The notes under the pieces were generated by a model, which did no database searches, was not told the origin of the DNA, and saw nothing but the letters and a program-made list of their open reading frames with translations. The translations under genes were made by a program, and so were the position numbers. From an uncultured Colwellia sp. (lineage in GTDB: Bacteria > Pseudomonadota > Gammaproteobacteria > Enterobacterales > Alteromonadaceae), in contig CAWVSL010000002.1 in assembly GCA_963933115.1 (NCBI GenBank), positions 53,531-117,530 on the forward strand: a DNA stretch of 64,000 nucleotides, in the 5' to 3' direction. Positions within the stretch are counted from its first letter, which is position 1, and each line of letters begins with the position of its first letter. Below, in pieces: positions 7,718 to 20,116 of the stretch.

Positions 7718-9271
7718 TTAATTAGTAATCAAAACAGTAAAGGTATTGAGCATTTCTTCTTTATCTAATCGAGAGTAAGACATAATGAAATCTTGTTTGC
7801 CATCAAGATTAATATCATGACTTTGAAAATTTTGACCATTTTTTGCTAGTAACAAATCTTGTTTTAATGACTTTTTAGCGAATTTCCGCTTCCCTACTTT
7901 ACCAAAATAGACTTTTAAAGTGTTTGTATCATGTGAAAGCATTAAATCTTGTAAACCATCACCATTAATATCTGCAAGTTGTACAATAGGTTGGCCACTT
8001 CGCCCATTACTTAAACTAAAGCTTAATTCAACTTCTTTGCTGGTAATCGGTTTGTCTTTAAACTTATCATGTGAATTTAATGAAAATAGCAATACATCTT
8101 GATCAATACCCCCAGATATTAGCGCACCAATAATATTACCCAAACTAAGTTCAAATGAAGAGAGCATTACTTCAAATTTATTGTCACTATTAATATCAAC
8201 AATATTTAACCCCGTCAATGTCCCCTCTGCTTGGATGATGGTACTAGGAAGCGCAGAAAAACTGATGTGGCTCATATTATTTATTTCATTATTTTGCCCA
8301 AAATAAAATTCATAATCATTACTTCGTTCTAATACACCCGCGCTTTGGGTATATCTAACAACCATATCGATAATACCGTCACCGTTGACATCTTTTATCT
8401 GTTCTACTATACGATGAGCTAATTGACTTTGGTCCAGGTTTTCACCATCAGCTTCTCGAATATCCCACCAATTTAATCCATATATATTTGGGTTTAGAGA
8501 CACATTCTTACTGGTTTCTGAAAAAGTACCATTTAAATTTTGAGCGAAGTATTCAATACTACCTTGTTTAACCCAAGCAATATCTATTTTATCATCAAAG
8601 TTAAAATCAGAAAAAAACAGGTCTCTCTGATTAAAAGTGATTTTGGAACTATCGTGCTCAACAAATGAGTCTAAGGGCAGAAATTGAGAGTACAATTGAC
8701 CACTAGGTTGAGAAAGCCATAAATTCATTTGTTCAAAATGAGGTAAATAAATATCATCAAGTCCATCTTGATTTAAGTCTTTAATAAAGTCTTTTGCTTT
8801 AATAAAATCAGCGGAGTTAACTAAGTACATCGAGCTGACTTTTTGCTTTAATACAAAATGATTATTAAACGCTGAACTATTCGTGGACAACGATGGCTGA
8901 AACATAACAACTTCATCTTTTGACAGAAAATATAAAGAACGGAGTTTATTTTTATCGTCTTTAACAAAATCAGTAATATCGTAGGCAAAATACGCATTAG
9001 GAATAATGTGTTTTGTATGTAATTGATAATTTTTAGAGGCTTGATTGAAAATATAAATTGCTAACCAAGTATTACCTTTATCATCAATACCAATTGCTAA
9101 TAATTCATCTGACGAATCTTCAATTAAATTTGCCGCTATAATTGGCTGAGTAATGACAAATGGTGTCTCAATATTATAAATTGAGAAAAGTGATGGCTTT
9201 GAAAATGCATTTGCATTTAAGACAAATAAAAAAACTACAGAGGTCAGAGTGACAATGAAACGGTAAAGCAT
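7718..9271 (-). CDS. secreted FG-GAP repeat protein (predicted 7-bladed beta-propeller)
   Basis: 517 aa with signal peptide MLYRFIVTLTSVVFLFVLNANA|FS. Seven spaced Asp-rich loops: IGIDDKG, LNQDGLDDIY, FNFDDKIDIA, VNGDGIIDMV, INSDNKFEV, INGDGLQDLM, INLDGKQDFI. Confidence 0.75.
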   Translation of the reverse strand: MLYRFIVTLTSVVFLFVLNANAFSKPSLFSIYNIETPFVITQPIIAANLIEDSSDELLAIGIDDKGNTWLAIYIFNQASKNYQLHTKHIIPNAYFAYDITDFVKDDKNKLRSLYFLSKDEVVMFQPSLSTNSSAFNNHFVLKQKVSSMYLVNSADFIKAKDFIKDLNQDGLDDIYLPHFEQMNLWLSQPSGQLYSQFLPLDSFVEHDSSKITFNQRDLFFSDFNFDDKIDIAWVKQGSIEYFAQNLNGTFSETSKNVSLNPNIYGLNWWDIREADGENLDQSQLAHRIVEQIKDVNGDGIIDMVVRYTQSAGVLERSNDYEFYFGQNNEINNMSHISFSALPSTIIQAEGTLTGLNIVDINSDNKFEVMLSSFELSLGNIIGALISGGIDQDVLLFSLNSHDKFKDKPITSKEVELSFSLSNGRSGQPIVQLADINGDGLQDLMLSHDTNTLKVYFGKVGKRKFAKKSLKQDLLLAKNGQNFQSHDINLDGKQDFIMSYSRLDKEEMLNTFTVLITN

Positions 9272-9368
9272 TTTTAGTCCTTTAAACTCATAATTAGATT
9301 CAGGATGATAATCTATAACATAATAATATTGTAATTTTTAATTGGGCAAAGTTGTAATCAAATAATTC

Positions 9369-9400
9369 AAGCACAGCACACCCATTGGTGCGCTGTGCTT
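9369..9400 (-). terminator. hairpin terminator downstream of sstT
   Basis: AAGCACAGC (9369..9377) pairs with GCTGTGCTT (9392..9400), with an extra inner CACC/GGTG stem. It starts 9 nt after the sstT stop. The trailing sequence on the minus strand is only moderately T-rich (GAATTATTTGATT). Confidence 0.6.
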
Positions 9401-9408
9401 GTCGGAGA

Positions 9409-10629
9409 TTACAAGTTTTTAGTCATATGGTGAGAGGCCGCCGCAGTAAAAACGACATCAGTAGAGCTGTTTAAGGCTGTCTCCGCTGAGTCTTGGATAA
9501 CACCAATGATAAAACCAATCGCAACAACTTGCATAGCGATATCATTATTGATACCAAAAAGACTACAAGCTAACGGTATAAGTAATAATGAGCCACCAGC
9601 AACACCTGATGCTCCACATGCCGAGATTGATGCAATAATACTGAGTAAAATCGCTGTCGCAATATCTACTTCAATACCTAAGGTATTTGCGGTGGCTAAC
9701 GTTAATACCGTAATGGTAATTGCCGCTCCTGCCATATTAATGGTCGCCCCTAACGGGATTGACACAGCATAGGTATCTTCATGTAAATTTAACTTTTCAC
9801 ATAATTGCATATTTACCGGTATGTTGGCCGCAGAACTGCGAGTGAAGAATGCGGTAATTCCTGATTCTTTTAAGCATGTTAATACCAAAGGATAAGGATT
9901 TTTTCGCATAATCACATAAATAATTAATGGATTGATAACCAAAGCAATAATCAACATGGCACCAAGTAATAAAAGAACTAAATGGCTAAATTCACCTAAC
10001 GTATCGAAACCGGTTGTAGCGATAGTATTTGCGACTAATCCCATTATACCTAAGGGAGCAAAACGGATGACAACTTTAACAATACTTGAAACAGCATCGG
10101 CTAAGTCATGAACCATAGCCTTACTTGACTCACTGGACCTTTTTAAAGCAAAACCCAAACCTAATCCCCAAGCTAATATACCAATAAAATTACCGCTAGT
10201 AAGAGCGTTAATTGGATTATCAACGATTTTGTAGGCAAGTGTAGATAACACTTCACCAAGACCTTGCGGAGGGTTAGCTTGAGCACCGACTATGTCTAAA
10301 GTTAAGGTGACCGGAAAGAGAAAACTTAATGTAACCGCTACTAAGGCTGCACTTAAGGTTCCTAAAAGATACAAGCCAACAATGGGCTTTAAATTAGCAT
10401 CGCTATCCGCTTTTTGGTTGGCAATTGATGACGCAACTAATACTAAAACTAAAACCGGCGCGACAGCTTTCAAAGCATTAACAAATAAATGCCCTAACAT
10501 TGATAAGGATTTCGCTAATTCGGGAACGAGTAGTGCCACTAAACCACCAATCACGATGGCAATAATAATCTGATTAACGATATTTATAGATTGGAGTTTT
10601 TTTAATAACGAAGGATTCTTTGAAGTCAT
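9409..10629 (-). CDS. sstT: serine/threonine:sodium symporter SstT
   Basis: 406 aa polytopic protein. N-terminus and [29 protein letters not shown] align with E. coli SstT (...[26 protein letters not shown]). Confidence 0.9.
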   Translation of the reverse strand: MTSKNPSLLKKLQSINIVNQIIIAIVIGGLVALLVPELAKSLSMLGHLFVNALKAVAPVLVLVLVASSIANQKADSDANLKPIVGLYLLGTLSAALVAVTLSFLFPVTLTLDIVGAQANPPQGLGEVLSTLAYKIVDNPINALTSGNFIGILAWGLGLGFALKRSSESSKAMVHDLADAVSSIVKVVIRFAPLGIMGLVANTIATTGFDTLGEFSHLVLLLLGAMLIIALVINPLIIYVIMRKNPYPLVLTCLKESGITAFFTRSSAANIPVNMQLCEKLNLHEDTYAVSIPLGATINMAGAAITITVLTLATANTLGIEVDIATAILLSIIASISACGASGVAGGSLLLIPLACSLFGINNDIAMQVVAIGFIIGVIQDSAETALNSSTDVVFTAAASHHMTKNL

Positions 10630-10699
10630 TATAAATCTTATTTTTATTATTATAGAATAGAAGGATTTTTACCACCTTATAGCCTATGAAGTCTAGTAA

Positions 10700-12130
10700 T
10701 TAATATTTACATGTGGATTTATTCAAAGAAATAAGAATAGACAAATCCCCTTCTTTTGCCGCATATTCTTTACAAACAAAATACCCAACTGCAGCAACAA
10801 GAGTATTATCATAAAAAATAAAGGGTATTCTTTTTCTTTGCCAAGGGGCAATATTTAATTCTTGTAAGATCTTTTTTAAATCACGCGATCGTTGGCGGAA
10901 GTCAGGTAAACATTTTGGATTTTCATGGCTAAATCCAATAGATATTTTTTGGTTACTCTTTGGCGGCCTTAGTTGATACTCTTGGATAAATTCGCCATTA
11001 ATTGTATGATTTTTGTCATAATGGTTTATTGCTAATGTCAAACAACCTAAACCATCAGGAAGTTCAATTAATTGGTTGTCGCTATGTAATACACTTGTCG
11101 ATAGTTGATGATTCCAAGAGGAAATTACTTGATAATTTGGGGTGACAAATAAAGCACCTTTATAGCGTCTCAACGAATAATCCGCTATCTTTATTTCTGG
11201 CACCTTATCGGTTTTTGCTAACATTTGTTGATGAACTTGTAGCAAATGTTTAGTACTTGGCATCAAACAGCCATTTAATTCAAGAAAATAGCGAAGCAAA
11301 TTATTAAAACGTGCTGATGACAGTTTTTCTAGGGCCTCAACCGACAAACTTGATAGTGATAATTGACAAGTGAGTAGATCTTGTTGTGCCAGTTCTGTTA
11401 ATAATAATTGACCTTGTTGGCAATTTTCACTGCTGCGCTTTATTGTTTTTAGAATACTTGGCCATCGCTCAATTAACAACGGCATGACTTTGTGACGGAG
11501 GAAGTTTCTATCAAAGCGAAGATCTTTATTTGAATCATCTTCTATCCAAGTTAATTTATTCTCTTTAGCATATTCTTCAATATCTATTCTTGATACCTTT
11601 AATAATGGCCTAACAAGTAATTGGTTTGTTAATTTACCGTGGATCTCTTTTTTAGGTAATAACTTGGTCACCTCAGACATGCCACTCAGTCCTTTTAAGC
11701 CAGCTCCGCGTTTTAATGCTAACAAAAAGGTTTCACTTTGATCATCTAAGTGATGCCCTGTAACAATGAGGGCGTCAAGGGCTGCATACTCTCTAAGTAC
11801 TTGATATCGAGCATCTCTGGCTAGGGCTTCAAGACTTTGTCCTGTGACTTCTTTAACATTGACCTGAAATACTTTTAAAGGTAAATCAATTAATCGGCAA
11901 AAACGTTCAGCCGCATGCTGCCATAACAAAGAACTCGCACTTATTCCATGATTAACATGGCAAACAGATACGTCATTAACAATAATATTATTATTTTTTA
12001 ATTGAGCTAGACAATGCAGCAATACTTGAGAGTCGATGCCACCACTATAGGCAACAACAATAGGTCGATTGGGATAGGATTTAAAAAAGCTAATTAAACT
12101 CGTTTGAATAATTGACATAGCTAACATCAT
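10700..12130 (-). CDS. tilS: tRNA(Ile)-lysidine synthetase
   Basis: PP-loop motif VAYSGGIDSQVLL near the N-terminus, correct length, conserved position next to accA. Alternative ATG starts at 12127 and 12118. Confidence 0.92.
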   Translation of the reverse strand: MMLAMSIIQTSLISFFKSYPNRPIVVAYSGGIDSQVLLHCLAQLKNNNIIVNDVSVCHVNHGISASSLLWQHAAERFCRLIDLPLKVFQVNVKEVTGQSLEALARDARYQVLREYAALDALIVTGHHLDDQSETFLLALKRGAGLKGLSGMSEVTKLLPKKEIHGKLTNQLLVRPLLKVSRIDIEEYAKENKLTWIEDDSNKDLRFDRNFLRHKVMPLLIERWPSILKTIKRSSENCQQGQLLLTELAQQDLLTCQLSLSSLSVEALEKLSSARFNNLLRYFLELNGCLMPSTKHLLQVHQQMLAKTDKVPEIKIADYSLRRYKGALFVTPNYQVISSWNHQLSTSVLHSDNQLIELPDGLGCLTLAINHYDKNHTINGEFIQEYQLRPPKSNQKISIGFSHENPKCLPDFRQRSRDLKKILQELNIAPWQRKRIPFIFYDNTLVAAVGYFVCKEYAAKEGDLSILISLNKSTCKY

Positions 12131-12211
12131 TAGAAATATTTGAAGATCTCAATTATTAGTATTATCTAATAAACATCATATTAATAATTGAGAGCTGATA
12201 ATTTATATTTT

Positions 12212-13168
12212 TTAACAGTAACCAAAGGACATTAAACGGTCATAACGTTTTTCAACCAGTTCGTCTTTAGACAAACTTTCTAAATCGTTTAAGTCTATTT
12301 TTAATCGTTGCTTTAAATGAGCCGCCATCAAATCCATATCCCGATGAGCACCACCAAGGGGTTCTTCTACAATATTATCAATCAAATCAAGTTCTTTAAT
12401 ACGCTGTGCGGTAATACCCATCGCTGCTGCTGCCGTCGGCGCTTTTTCAGCTGTTTTCCATAAAATTGAAGCACAACCCTCAGGAGATATTACTGCATAC
12501 GTTGAATATTTCAACATGTTAACTCTGTCACCAACGCCAATAGCTAAAGCACCACCAGAACCACCTTCGCCAATAACTGTGCAGACAATGGGAACCGTTA
12601 AGCGAGCCATTACTTTTAAGTTACGGGCAATCGCTTCACTTTGACCACGCTCTTCGGCACCAACCCCCGGATATGCACCTGGAGTGTCAATAAAAGTAAT
12701 GATAGGCATATTAAAACGTTCGGCCATTTCCATTAAACGAAGGGCCTTACGGTAACCTTCTGGGCGAGGCATGGCAAAATTTCTTTTGACTTTTTCAGTC
12801 GTGGAACGCCCCTTTTGATGACCAATAATCATTACTGGCTTACCATCTAACCGTGCCGTACCACCAACAATTGCTTTGTCATCAGCGTAAGCGCGATCAC
12901 CAGCCAACTCATCAAACTCAGTAAAAATACGTGGGATATAATCTAAAGTAAAAGGACGTTGAGGATGTCGAGCAACACGAGCAGTCTGCCATGGGTCGAG
13001 ATTTTCAAAAATCTTTTGTGTTTGTTGTTTGTTTTTCTCTCGTAATTGCCCTATTTGCTCTTCAAGATCTAAGTCAAGATCTTGTCCGTTGTTTACTAGG
13101 GTTAGTTCTTCAATTTTTGCATCAAGTTCTGCAATAGGTTGCTCAAAATCTAAAAAATTTAATGACAT
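12212..13168 (-). CDS. accA: acetyl-CoA carboxylase carboxyltransferase subunit alpha
   Basis: 318 aa. [22 protein letters not shown]... and ...[22 protein letters not shown] are near-identical to enterobacterial AccA. Confidence 0.97.
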   Translation of the reverse strand: MSLNFLDFEQPIAELDAKIEELTLVNNGQDLDLDLEEQIGQLREKNKQQTQKIFENLDPWQTARVARHPQRPFTLDYIPRIFTEFDELAGDRAYADDKAIVGGTARLDGKPVMIIGHQKGRSTTEKVKRNFAMPRPEGYRKALRLMEMAERFNMPIITFIDTPGAYPGVGAEERGQSEAIARNLKVMARLTVPIVCTVIGEGGSGGALAIGVGDRVNMLKYSTYAVISPEGCASILWKTAEKAPTAAAAMGITAQRIKELDLIDNIVEEPLGGAHRDMDLMAAHLKQRLKIDLNDLESLSKDELVEKRYDRLMSFGYC

Positions 13169-13272
13169 TTAATATTTACCTAATTCTTATATATATATTA
13201 AACAACTTATTTAAAGTTGCTTCTCCTACCCGTTTAAAGATCTCATATTTAAACCAGTAGTTTTCGAAATTT

Positions 13273-16200
13273 TTAAAACGCTAATCGAATGCTATCATCA
13301 CCGAGTAAAGTTTTTAAACGATATAATAACAAATCCGTCGGGGTTATTCGCCACTGCACACCTAGTTCCAAGATGCCTTCTGCTTCTTCACGCCGGTAAA
13401 AAACTCTAATAGGACAAGTTCCATCCTTATAAGGTGATAATACCTTAGTAAAGTCTTCAATAAAAGTACTTGAGATCATAGATTTATCTATACTGATATC
13501 AAGTGATTTAACATAAGTTTCCCTTGCGTCGGCAATGGTCATAATATCTCGGGCAGTCATTGTAATGCCTCCAGAGTAATCATCAAAGCTGACCTGTCCT
13601 TTACAGACTAAAATAGCATCTGTTGTTAATAAATCAGCAAAAGTATCATAATCATCAGGGAATAAACGTATATCCATTCTGGCACTTTTATCATCAAGCG
13701 TCACAAGTGCCCAACGTCTACCTCTTTTATTAACCAATACACGGACAGCAATAACTAAGCCAATAGCGACTGAAACATTATCTTTGCCTTTGGGTTGTAA
13801 ACTGACTAAGCGGCCAGAACCATAATGTTTAATTTCAGTTAAATAACGATTAATGGGATGGCCAGTTAAGTATAAGCCTAACGTTTCCTTTTCACCATCA
13901 AGCCAAGTTTCTTCAGGCCAATAAGGGCAAACCTTAAATGCCTGACGGGTATCGTCTGGCTCCTCATTAATCAAACCAAATAAATCATCTTGCCCTAATG
14001 CTTGTGCTTTAGCATGTTGATCAGCCGCACGAATTGCATCAGGTAAGGTTTCGAACAAAGCGGCTCGATGTGGACCTTTATCACTCTTGGGCCCTAAGCT
14101 GTCCATTGCACCCGATTTAATTAATTTTTCTAGTATTCTTTTATTGGTTTTTTTTAAGTCTAACCGAGCACAAAAATCAAATAAATCTACAAATAGGCCG
14201 TTAGTATTTCGTGCTTCAATAATAGCTTCAATAGGACCTTGCCCGACACCTTTAATAGCACCAATACCATAAACTATCTGATCATCGTCATTAACAGTGA
14301 ACTTATATTGACCGGCATTGACATCAGGTGGTAATAAATCAATACCCATATTTTGGCATTCATCAACGAGGGTAACAATCTTTTCAGTATTATCCATATC
14401 AGCAGACATTACTGCCGCCATAAATTGTGCGGGGAAATGCGTTTTCATCCATAAGGTTTGAAAAGAAACTAAGGCATAAGCAGCTGAATGTGATTTATTG
14501 AAACCATAACCTGCAAATTTTTCTACCAAATCGAAAATTCTCATCGCCAATTCAGCATCTACACCTCGGTTTATTGCACCTTCTTCAAAACCGGCACGCT
14601 GTTTTGCCATTTCTTCAGGTTTTTTCTTACCCATAGCACGGCGCAACATATCAGCTCCACCGAGAGAATAACCTGCGAGAACTTGAGCAATTTGCATGAC
14701 TTGTTCTTGATACAAAATAATACCGTAAGTTGGTTCTAGTATTGGTTTTAAATCAATGTGCTGCCAAGTTGCATCAGGGTAACTGACCTCTTCTCGACCA
14801 TGTTTTCGTTCGATAAAATTATCAACCATACCCGATTGCAAAGGGCCCGGTCTAAATAAAGCAACTAAAGCGATAATATCTTCAAAACAATCTGGTTTTA
14901 ATTTCGCAATCAGTGATTTCATACCACTGGACTCAAGTTGAAATACGGCTGTTGTTTGAGATTTTAATAACATCTTATAACTGGTAGTGTCTTCTAAATT
15001 GATACTGCTAATATCAATGGGTTCTTTCCCTGCTTTTAGAAGTTTTACATCCGCCATTTCGATTGCCCATTGCAATATCGTTAGCGTTCTAAGTCCTAAG
15101 AAATCAAATTTAACAAGTCCCGCATCCTCAACATCATTTTTATCAAATTGAGTAACAGGATTTTTACCTTCCTCATCACAATATAGTGGAGAAAAGTCAG
15201 TAATTGTTGTTGGTGAAATAACAACTCCACCTGCATGTTTACCCGCATTACGTGTTGTGCCCTCGAGAATGCGACACATATCTATAAGGTCTTTAACATC
15301 ACTGTCTTGTGCATAAATCTCTGGAAGCTTAGGCTCTTCTTCAAAAGCCTTAGCCAGAGTCATACCAGGGGTTGGTGGAACTAATTTAGAAATCCTGTCA
15401 ACAAAACCGTAGGGATGACCTAGTACACGACCCACATCACGAATTACCGCTTTGGCAGCCATAGTACCAAACGTTATAATCTGTGATACCGCATCACGGC
15501 CATACAATTCAGCTACATGGTCAATGACTTCATCTCGCCTGTCCATGCAAAAGTCAATATCAAAATCTGGCATAGAAACACGTTCAGGATTTAAAAAACG
15601 TTCAAACAACAAATCAAACTCCAGAGGGTCCAGATCTGTAATATCTAAAGCATAAGCAATTAATGACCCTGCTCCTGACCCTCGTCCTGGTCCTACTGGA
15701 ATATTATTATCTTTACTCCATTGAATAAACTCCATTACGATCAAAAAATAACCCGGGAAGCCCATATTATTTACAACTGTTAATTCAATAGCTAAACGAT
15801 CATCATAAGGTTTTCTAATGGCGGGAAAGTTATCAGCTGTAGTATCAAATAATTGGGTAAGTCTTTTTTCTAAACCTTCTTTCGAAACCTTAATAAAGAA
15901 TTCATTAATCTCTAATCCTTGTGTGGGAAAATCAGGCAATACATATTCGCCTAAAGTAACGGTTACATTACAGCGTTTAGCTATTTCAATTGTATTTTCA
16001 AGGGCTTCTGGAATATCTGAAAAGAGCTCGGTCATTTCTTCACTTGAGCGAAGATATTGTTCAGAAGAGTATACTTTAGGTCGCCTTTTATCATCTAAAG
16101 TAAAACCATCATGTATAGCAACTCGAATCTCATGAGCATCAAAGTCTACCGCATTAAGAAAAACCACTTCATTAGTGGCAACAACTGGCAAGTCCTTTTT

Positions 16201-16827
16201 ACTCGCTAATTCTATGGCTAAATGAAGATAGTTCTCTTCATTATCTCGTCCTGTTCTTATCAACTCAAGGTAGAAAGAATTTAGAAAATGTGTTTGGTAA
16301 AAAACAACCATTTGCTCTACAAGCTCATGATTCCCTTTGAGTAATGCTTTACCAATATCACCCTCACGTCCTCCGGAAAGTATTATTAAGCCTTGCTTGT
16401 ACTCGATCAACCAATTTTTATCAAGAACAGCTTTACCATGAATATGACCACGCATGTATGCTTTAGAAATAAGTTCAGTCAGGTTTTTATAGCCAACATT
16501 ATCGGTGGCAATGACAACTAAGCGAAACAGTTCGTCTTCAAGTTCTTCACTTTTAACCCAAAAATCACAACCTATAATAGGTTTCATACCCGCGCCATGA
16601 GCTGCATGGTAATACTTCACTAAACCACAAAAATTAGATTGATCAGTTAATGCTAAAGCTGGCATATTTAGCTCAACTGCTTTAGCTATGATTGGTTTTA
16701 CTTTTTGTAGGCCATCACACATTGAATAATCACTGTGTACTCTTAAATGAATAAATGTTGGTCCTTCAGAGAGGGCTATCATCGACTCATTATTAGATAT
16801 GTTAGCTTCATTACTTATCTCAGACAT
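13273..16827 (-). CDS. dnaE: DNA polymerase III subunit alpha
   Basis: 1184 aa. PHP domain [16 protein letters not shown], polymerase core, OB fold. The ATG at 16827 overlaps the rnhB stop (TAATG). An alternative ATG at 16782 ([16 protein letters not shown]) would match the E. coli N-terminus length better. Confidence 0.97.
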   Translation of the reverse strand: MSEISNEANISNNESMIALSEGPTFIHLRVHSDYSMCDGLQKVKPIIAKAVELNMPALALTDQSNFCGLVKYYHAAHGAGMKPIIGCDFWVKSEELEDELFRLVVIATDNVGYKNLTELISKAYMRGHIHGKAVLDKNWLIEYKQGLIILSGGREGDIGKALLKGNHELVEQMVVFYQTHFLNSFYLELIRTGRDNEENYLHLAIELASKKDLPVVATNEVVFLNAVDFDAHEIRVAIHDGFTLDDKRRPKVYSSEQYLRSSEEMTELFSDIPEALENTIEIAKRCNVTVTLGEYVLPDFPTQGLEINEFFIKVSKEGLEKRLTQLFDTTADNFPAIRKPYDDRLAIELTVVNNMGFPGYFLIVMEFIQWSKDNNIPVGPGRGSGAGSLIAYALDITDLDPLEFDLLFERFLNPERVSMPDFDIDFCMDRRDEVIDHVAELYGRDAVSQIITFGTMAAKAVIRDVGRVLGHPYGFVDRISKLVPPTPGMTLAKAFEEEPKLPEIYAQDSDVKDLIDMCRILEGTTRNAGKHAGGVVISPTTITDFSPLYCDEEGKNPVTQFDKNDVEDAGLVKFDFLGLRTLTILQWAIEMADVKLLKAGKEPIDISSINLEDTTSYKMLLKSQTTAVFQLESSGMKSLIAKLKPDCFEDIIALVALFRPGPLQSGMVDNFIERKHGREEVSYPDATWQHIDLKPILEPTYGIILYQEQVMQIAQVLAGYSLGGADMLRRAMGKKKPEEMAKQRAGFEEGAINRGVDAELAMRIFDLVEKFAGYGFNKSHSAAYALVSFQTLWMKTHFPAQFMAAVMSADMDNTEKIVTLVDECQNMGIDLLPPDVNAGQYKFTVNDDDQIVYGIGAIKGVGQGPIEAIIEARNTNGLFVDLFDFCARLDLKKTNKRILEKLIKSGAMDSLGPKSDKGPHRAALFETLPDAIRAADQHAKAQALGQDDLFGLINEEPDDTRQAFKVCPYWPEETWLDGEKETLGLYLTGHPINRYLTEIKHYGSGRLVSLQPKGKDNVSVAIGLVIAVRVLVNKRGRRWALVTLDDKSARMDIRLFPDDYDTFADLLTTDAILVCKGQVSFDDYSGGITMTARDIMTIADARETYVKSLDISIDKSMISSTFIEDFTKVLSPYKDGTCPIRVFYRREEAEGILELGVQWRITPTDLLLYRLKTLLGDDSIRLAF

Positions 16828-17531
16828 TAATAGTCCTCTCCATTTTGAAAAGCTTTTGAACTTGCTAATACTTTAGCTACAGGTTTAAAACTTTGACGAT
16901 AACAATCAAGCACCCCATGAATAATGATATTTTCAAGATGCACTTTCGTCGGATAACCTTTGTGTTTGGCAAAGCCATATTCTGGATGCAATTTATCGAG
17001 TGCAATCATTTCCTCATCACGCACAACTTTAGCTAATATAGAGGCCGCACTAATCTCACTGACTCTGTCATCACCTTTAACTACTGCTTGACTTGGAATT
17101 TCACCCTGTAAACCAAAAACAGGACAACGATTACCATCAACTAAAACAAAATCTGGGGTAACATTTAAGCCCTGCACCGCTCGTTGCATTGCAAGCATTG
17201 TGGCATGAAGAATATTTAAGGTGTCAATTTCTTCAGGGCTAGCCCTTCCTATTGAGTAAGCCACTGCGTGCTGTTTAATTAGCACGGCAAGAAGTTGTCG
17301 TTTTTTGTCGGTAAGTTTCTTTGAGTCCATTAAACCTTCAATAGGATTATCGGGGTCCAGAATAACAGCAGCGGTAACGACATCACCAACTAATGGACCC
17401 CGACCTACTTCGTCAACACCGGCGATACAATAAGCGATAGGATACTCAAAATCAGGTAATATTTTCTTTAACTTCTTTGGAGACGAATTCTTCATCTCTT
17501 TATTAGAAAGGTTTTTATCTAAATTGCTCAT
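16827..17531 (-). CDS. rnhB: ribonuclease HII
   Basis: [22 protein letters not shown] catalytic motif. 4-nt ATGA overlap with the lpxB stop. About 25 aa N-terminal extension relative to E. coli; alternative ATG at 17495. Confidence 0.95.
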   Translation of the reverse strand: MSNLDKNLSNKEMKNSSPKKLKKILPDFEYPIAYCIAGVDEVGRGPLVGDVVTAAVILDPDNPIEGLMDSKKLTDKKRQLLAVLIKQHAVAYSIGRASPEEIDTLNILHATMLAMQRAVQGLNVTPDFVLVDGNRCPVFGLQGEIPSQAVVKGDDRVSEISAASILAKVVRDEEMIALDKLHPEYGFAKHKGYPTKVHLENIIIHGVLDCYRQSFKPVAKVLASSKAFQNGEDY

Positions 17532-18700
17532 GATAATAACTTAGCAACAGCCATTGCGGCTTTCTCGCTAGCATTTTGCTTTAATGTTTGATGTATATTA
17601 ATAAATTCGTCATTGAGTGCAGATTGCTCTTGATACAGACGTTCGTAAACTAAAGGATAAATTTTGTCGGCCGTGACATCACCTTGTAATAATTCTGGTA
17701 CTAATGCTCTATTAGCCAATAAGTTAGGTAATGAAAACCATTTTAATTTCACAAAGCCTTTGAGTAGATAATAAGTCAATGGGTTAAATTTATAACAAAC
17801 GACTAATGGACGTTTAATTAGTGCTGCCTCTAAAGCCACTGTTCCAGAAGCCATCAATAAACAATCACTGGCGGCCATAACGTTTTGGGTATCGTTGATA
17901 ATAATAGTTAAGGGTAGATCGGGGGCAATTTCTTTGTATAGTTTTCTAAATTGAACTGCTCTTTTTTCACTGATCATAGGCACAACGAAGGTTATTAATT
18001 GTCCTCTTTTTTGCGCATCAATATAAAGTAGCTCTGCAGTTGCTAAAAATGGTCCAACTAACCGAGAGAGCTCACCACCGCGACTCCCAGGCATTAAAGA
18101 AAGTATTTTACTGCTATGAGGTAAATTTAACATCTCCCTAGCGTGATTTTTATCAGATGTCATAGGGATATTATCGGCAAGAGGATGTCCAACAAAAACG
18201 CAAGGTATTTGATGTTTATCATAAAATTGTTTTTCGAATGGTAATAATGACAACACAAGATTGGTTGCTTTTTCAATTTTAAAAACCCGATTTTCTCGCC
18301 AAGCCCATACGGATGGACTGACATAATGTACTGTTTTAATTCCTTGTTTTTTAAGTTTAACTTCAAGGGTAATATTAAAATCAGGCGCATCAATGCCAAT
18401 GAAAATATCAGGTCTGTGTAAAGTAAAGTATTCAGTGAGTGTTTTTCTCACATATAATAAACGGCGTAATCTTCCTAAAACTTCAAATATCCCCATGACA
18501 GACAATTCATCCATGGCAAATAAACTTTCAAAACCTAATGCCAGCATCTTGGGGCCACCAATGCCAATAAACTTAGCCTCAGGATAAATATCTTTTAGAG
18601 AAGAAATAAGACCTTGACCTAAAGTATCACCAGAATGTTCACCAACAACAATGGCAATAATCGGACGTTTATTATCTATTTGAACGGGTAACTGAGTCAT
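17528..18700 (-). CDS. lpxB: lipid-A-disaccharide synthase
   Basis: 390 aa. [15 protein letters not shown]-terminal motif and conserved lpxA-lpxB-rnhB order. Confidence 0.95.
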   Translation of the reverse strand: MTQLPVQIDNKRPIIAIVVGEHSGDTLGQGLISSLKDIYPEAKFIGIGGPKMLALGFESLFAMDELSVMGIFEVLGRLRRLLYVRKTLTEYFTLHRPDIFIGIDAPDFNITLEVKLKKQGIKTVHYVSPSVWAWRENRVFKIEKATNLVLSLLPFEKQFYDKHQIPCVFVGHPLADNIPMTSDKNHAREMLNLPHSSKILSLMPGSRGGELSRLVGPFLATAELLYIDAQKRGQLITFVVPMISEKRAVQFRKLYKEIAPDLPLTIIINDTQNVMAASDCLLMASGTVALEAALIKRPLVVCYKFNPLTYYLLKGFVKLKWFSLPNLLANRALVPELLQGDVTADKIYPLVYERLYQEQSALNDEFINIHQTLKQNASEKAAMAVAKLLS

Positions 18701-18740
18701 TTAGGCGAATTCACTACAGATTAATTAAATTAAGGATAAT

Positions 18741-18763
18741 AAAACTAACATTATGTTAGTTTT
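18741..18763 (-). terminator. AU-rich hairpin between lpxA and lpxB (possible attenuator)
   Basis: AAAACTAAC / GTTAGTTTT 9-bp stem with a 5-nt loop, followed on the minus strand by ATTATCC. The stem is weak and the function is uncertain. Confidence 0.3.
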
Positions 18764-18781
18764 ATCAATGATCAACAAAAA

Positions 18782-19552
18782 TTAACGTATAATACCTCGT
18801 GAGGAGTTTATTACACTATCTGTAAAAGTATTAACTTCTGGACTTTGTTCAGCCAACAATTTTACTGATTCTATCGCTTCACCTACATTTAATCCCTTAC
18901 GATATACTTGCTTATAAGCTCGCTTAATATTTGCAATCGTAACGTTGTCAAAACCTCGACGCCTTAATCCTTCAGAATTTAACCCGAAAGGTTTAGCCGG
19001 ATGTCCTGATGCCATAACAAATGCCGGCACATCTTTTAGAACTAATGCATTAGCGGCAATAAAACTATGACTACCAATATGACAAAACTGATGAACAGCT
19101 GACATACCACCAATAATGACATAGTCGCCAAGCTGCACATGACCGGCAATAGAGGCATTATTTGCCATAATACAATGGTTACCCACAATACAATCATGAG
19201 CAACATGGCTATAAGCCATGAATAAATTATCACTACCAATTTGAGTTAAGCTATTATCTTGAATAGTTCCTCTGTGCATAGTACAACCTTCACGGAAAGT
19301 ATTATTATCACCAATAACCAATTCCGTCGGTTCACCGTCATATTTTAAATCTTGGCATTCTTCACCAATACTTGCAAATTGGAAAAAACGGTTACCTTTA
19401 CCAACACGAGTTGGACCTTTGATTACTACGTGAGAATTTATTTCACAGTTATCGCCAATAACAACATCTTTTCCTATATATGTCCAAGGACCTATAGTGA
19501 CATTTTTACCGATTTGAGCGCCAGTCTCAATAATGGATTGTGGGTGTATCAT
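18782..19552 (-). CDS. lpxA: acyl-ACP--UDP-N-acetylglucosamine O-acyltransferase
   Basis: 256 aa with left-handed beta-helix hexapeptide repeats and the conserved C-terminal helical domain. Lies in fabZ-lpxA-lpxB context. Confidence 0.96.
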   Translation of the reverse strand: MIHPQSIIETGAQIGKNVTIGPWTYIGKDVVIGDNCEINSHVVIKGPTRVGKGNRFFQFASIGEECQDLKYDGEPTELVIGDNNTFREGCTMHRGTIQDNSLTQIGSDNLFMAYSHVAHDCIVGNHCIMANNASIAGHVQLGDYVIIGGMSAVHQFCHIGSHSFIAANALVLKDVPAFVMASGHPAKPFGLNSEGLRRRGFDNVTIANIKRAYKQVYRKGLNVGEAIESVKLLAEQSPEVNTFTDSVINSSRGIIR

Positions 19553-19592
19553 TTCAATTAACTCGAGTTTGGTTGTAAGGGATAACTAAGCG

Positions 19593-20057
19593 TTAAATTG
19601 AAGGCTGTAAAGTACGTCTAGCACACATTAAATCTGCTGAACATACGACTTTACCATCAACTCTAGCCTCGCCATAAAATTTCCACATACCACGTCGTTC
19701 TTTAATAAAGTCTACATGTAAGTGCATAGTATCACCTGGTACTACAGGTCTTTTAAAGCGGGCTTTATCAATAGAAGCAAATAAATACATTTCATTTTCT
19801 TCTCTACTTTCGGTACTTTTAAATCCTAAAATCCCAGTCGCTTGTGCTAAGGACTCAAGGATTAACACCCCAGGGAAAATCGGTAGCTCAGGAAAATGGC
19901 CATTAAAAACGGCCTCATTAACAGAAACATTTTTTATTGCATGTAACCATTTACCTGGTTGGTAATCGAGCACTCTATCGACTAATAACATCGGGTAGCG
20001 GTGAGGAATTATTAACTTAATTCCTTGCACTTCAATCACATTTTTTGGGGTATCCAA
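19593..20057 (-). CDS. fabZ: 3-hydroxyacyl-ACP dehydratase
   Basis: 154 aa. [13 protein letters not shown] and [26 protein letters not shown] motifs. Confidence 0.97.
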   Translation of the reverse strand: MDTPKNVIEVQGIKLIIPHRYPMLLVDRVLDYQPGKWLHAIKNVSVNEAVFNGHFPELPIFPGVLILESLAQATGILGFKSTESREENEMYLFASIDKARFKRPVVPGDTMHLHVDFIKERRGMWKFYGEARVDGKVVCSADLMCARRTLQPSI

Positions 20058-20116
20058 ATTTCTATTCCTTTTAAGATAGGTATTAGTTCACATCGACTCT
20101 ATCGGTTAGCGAACGA

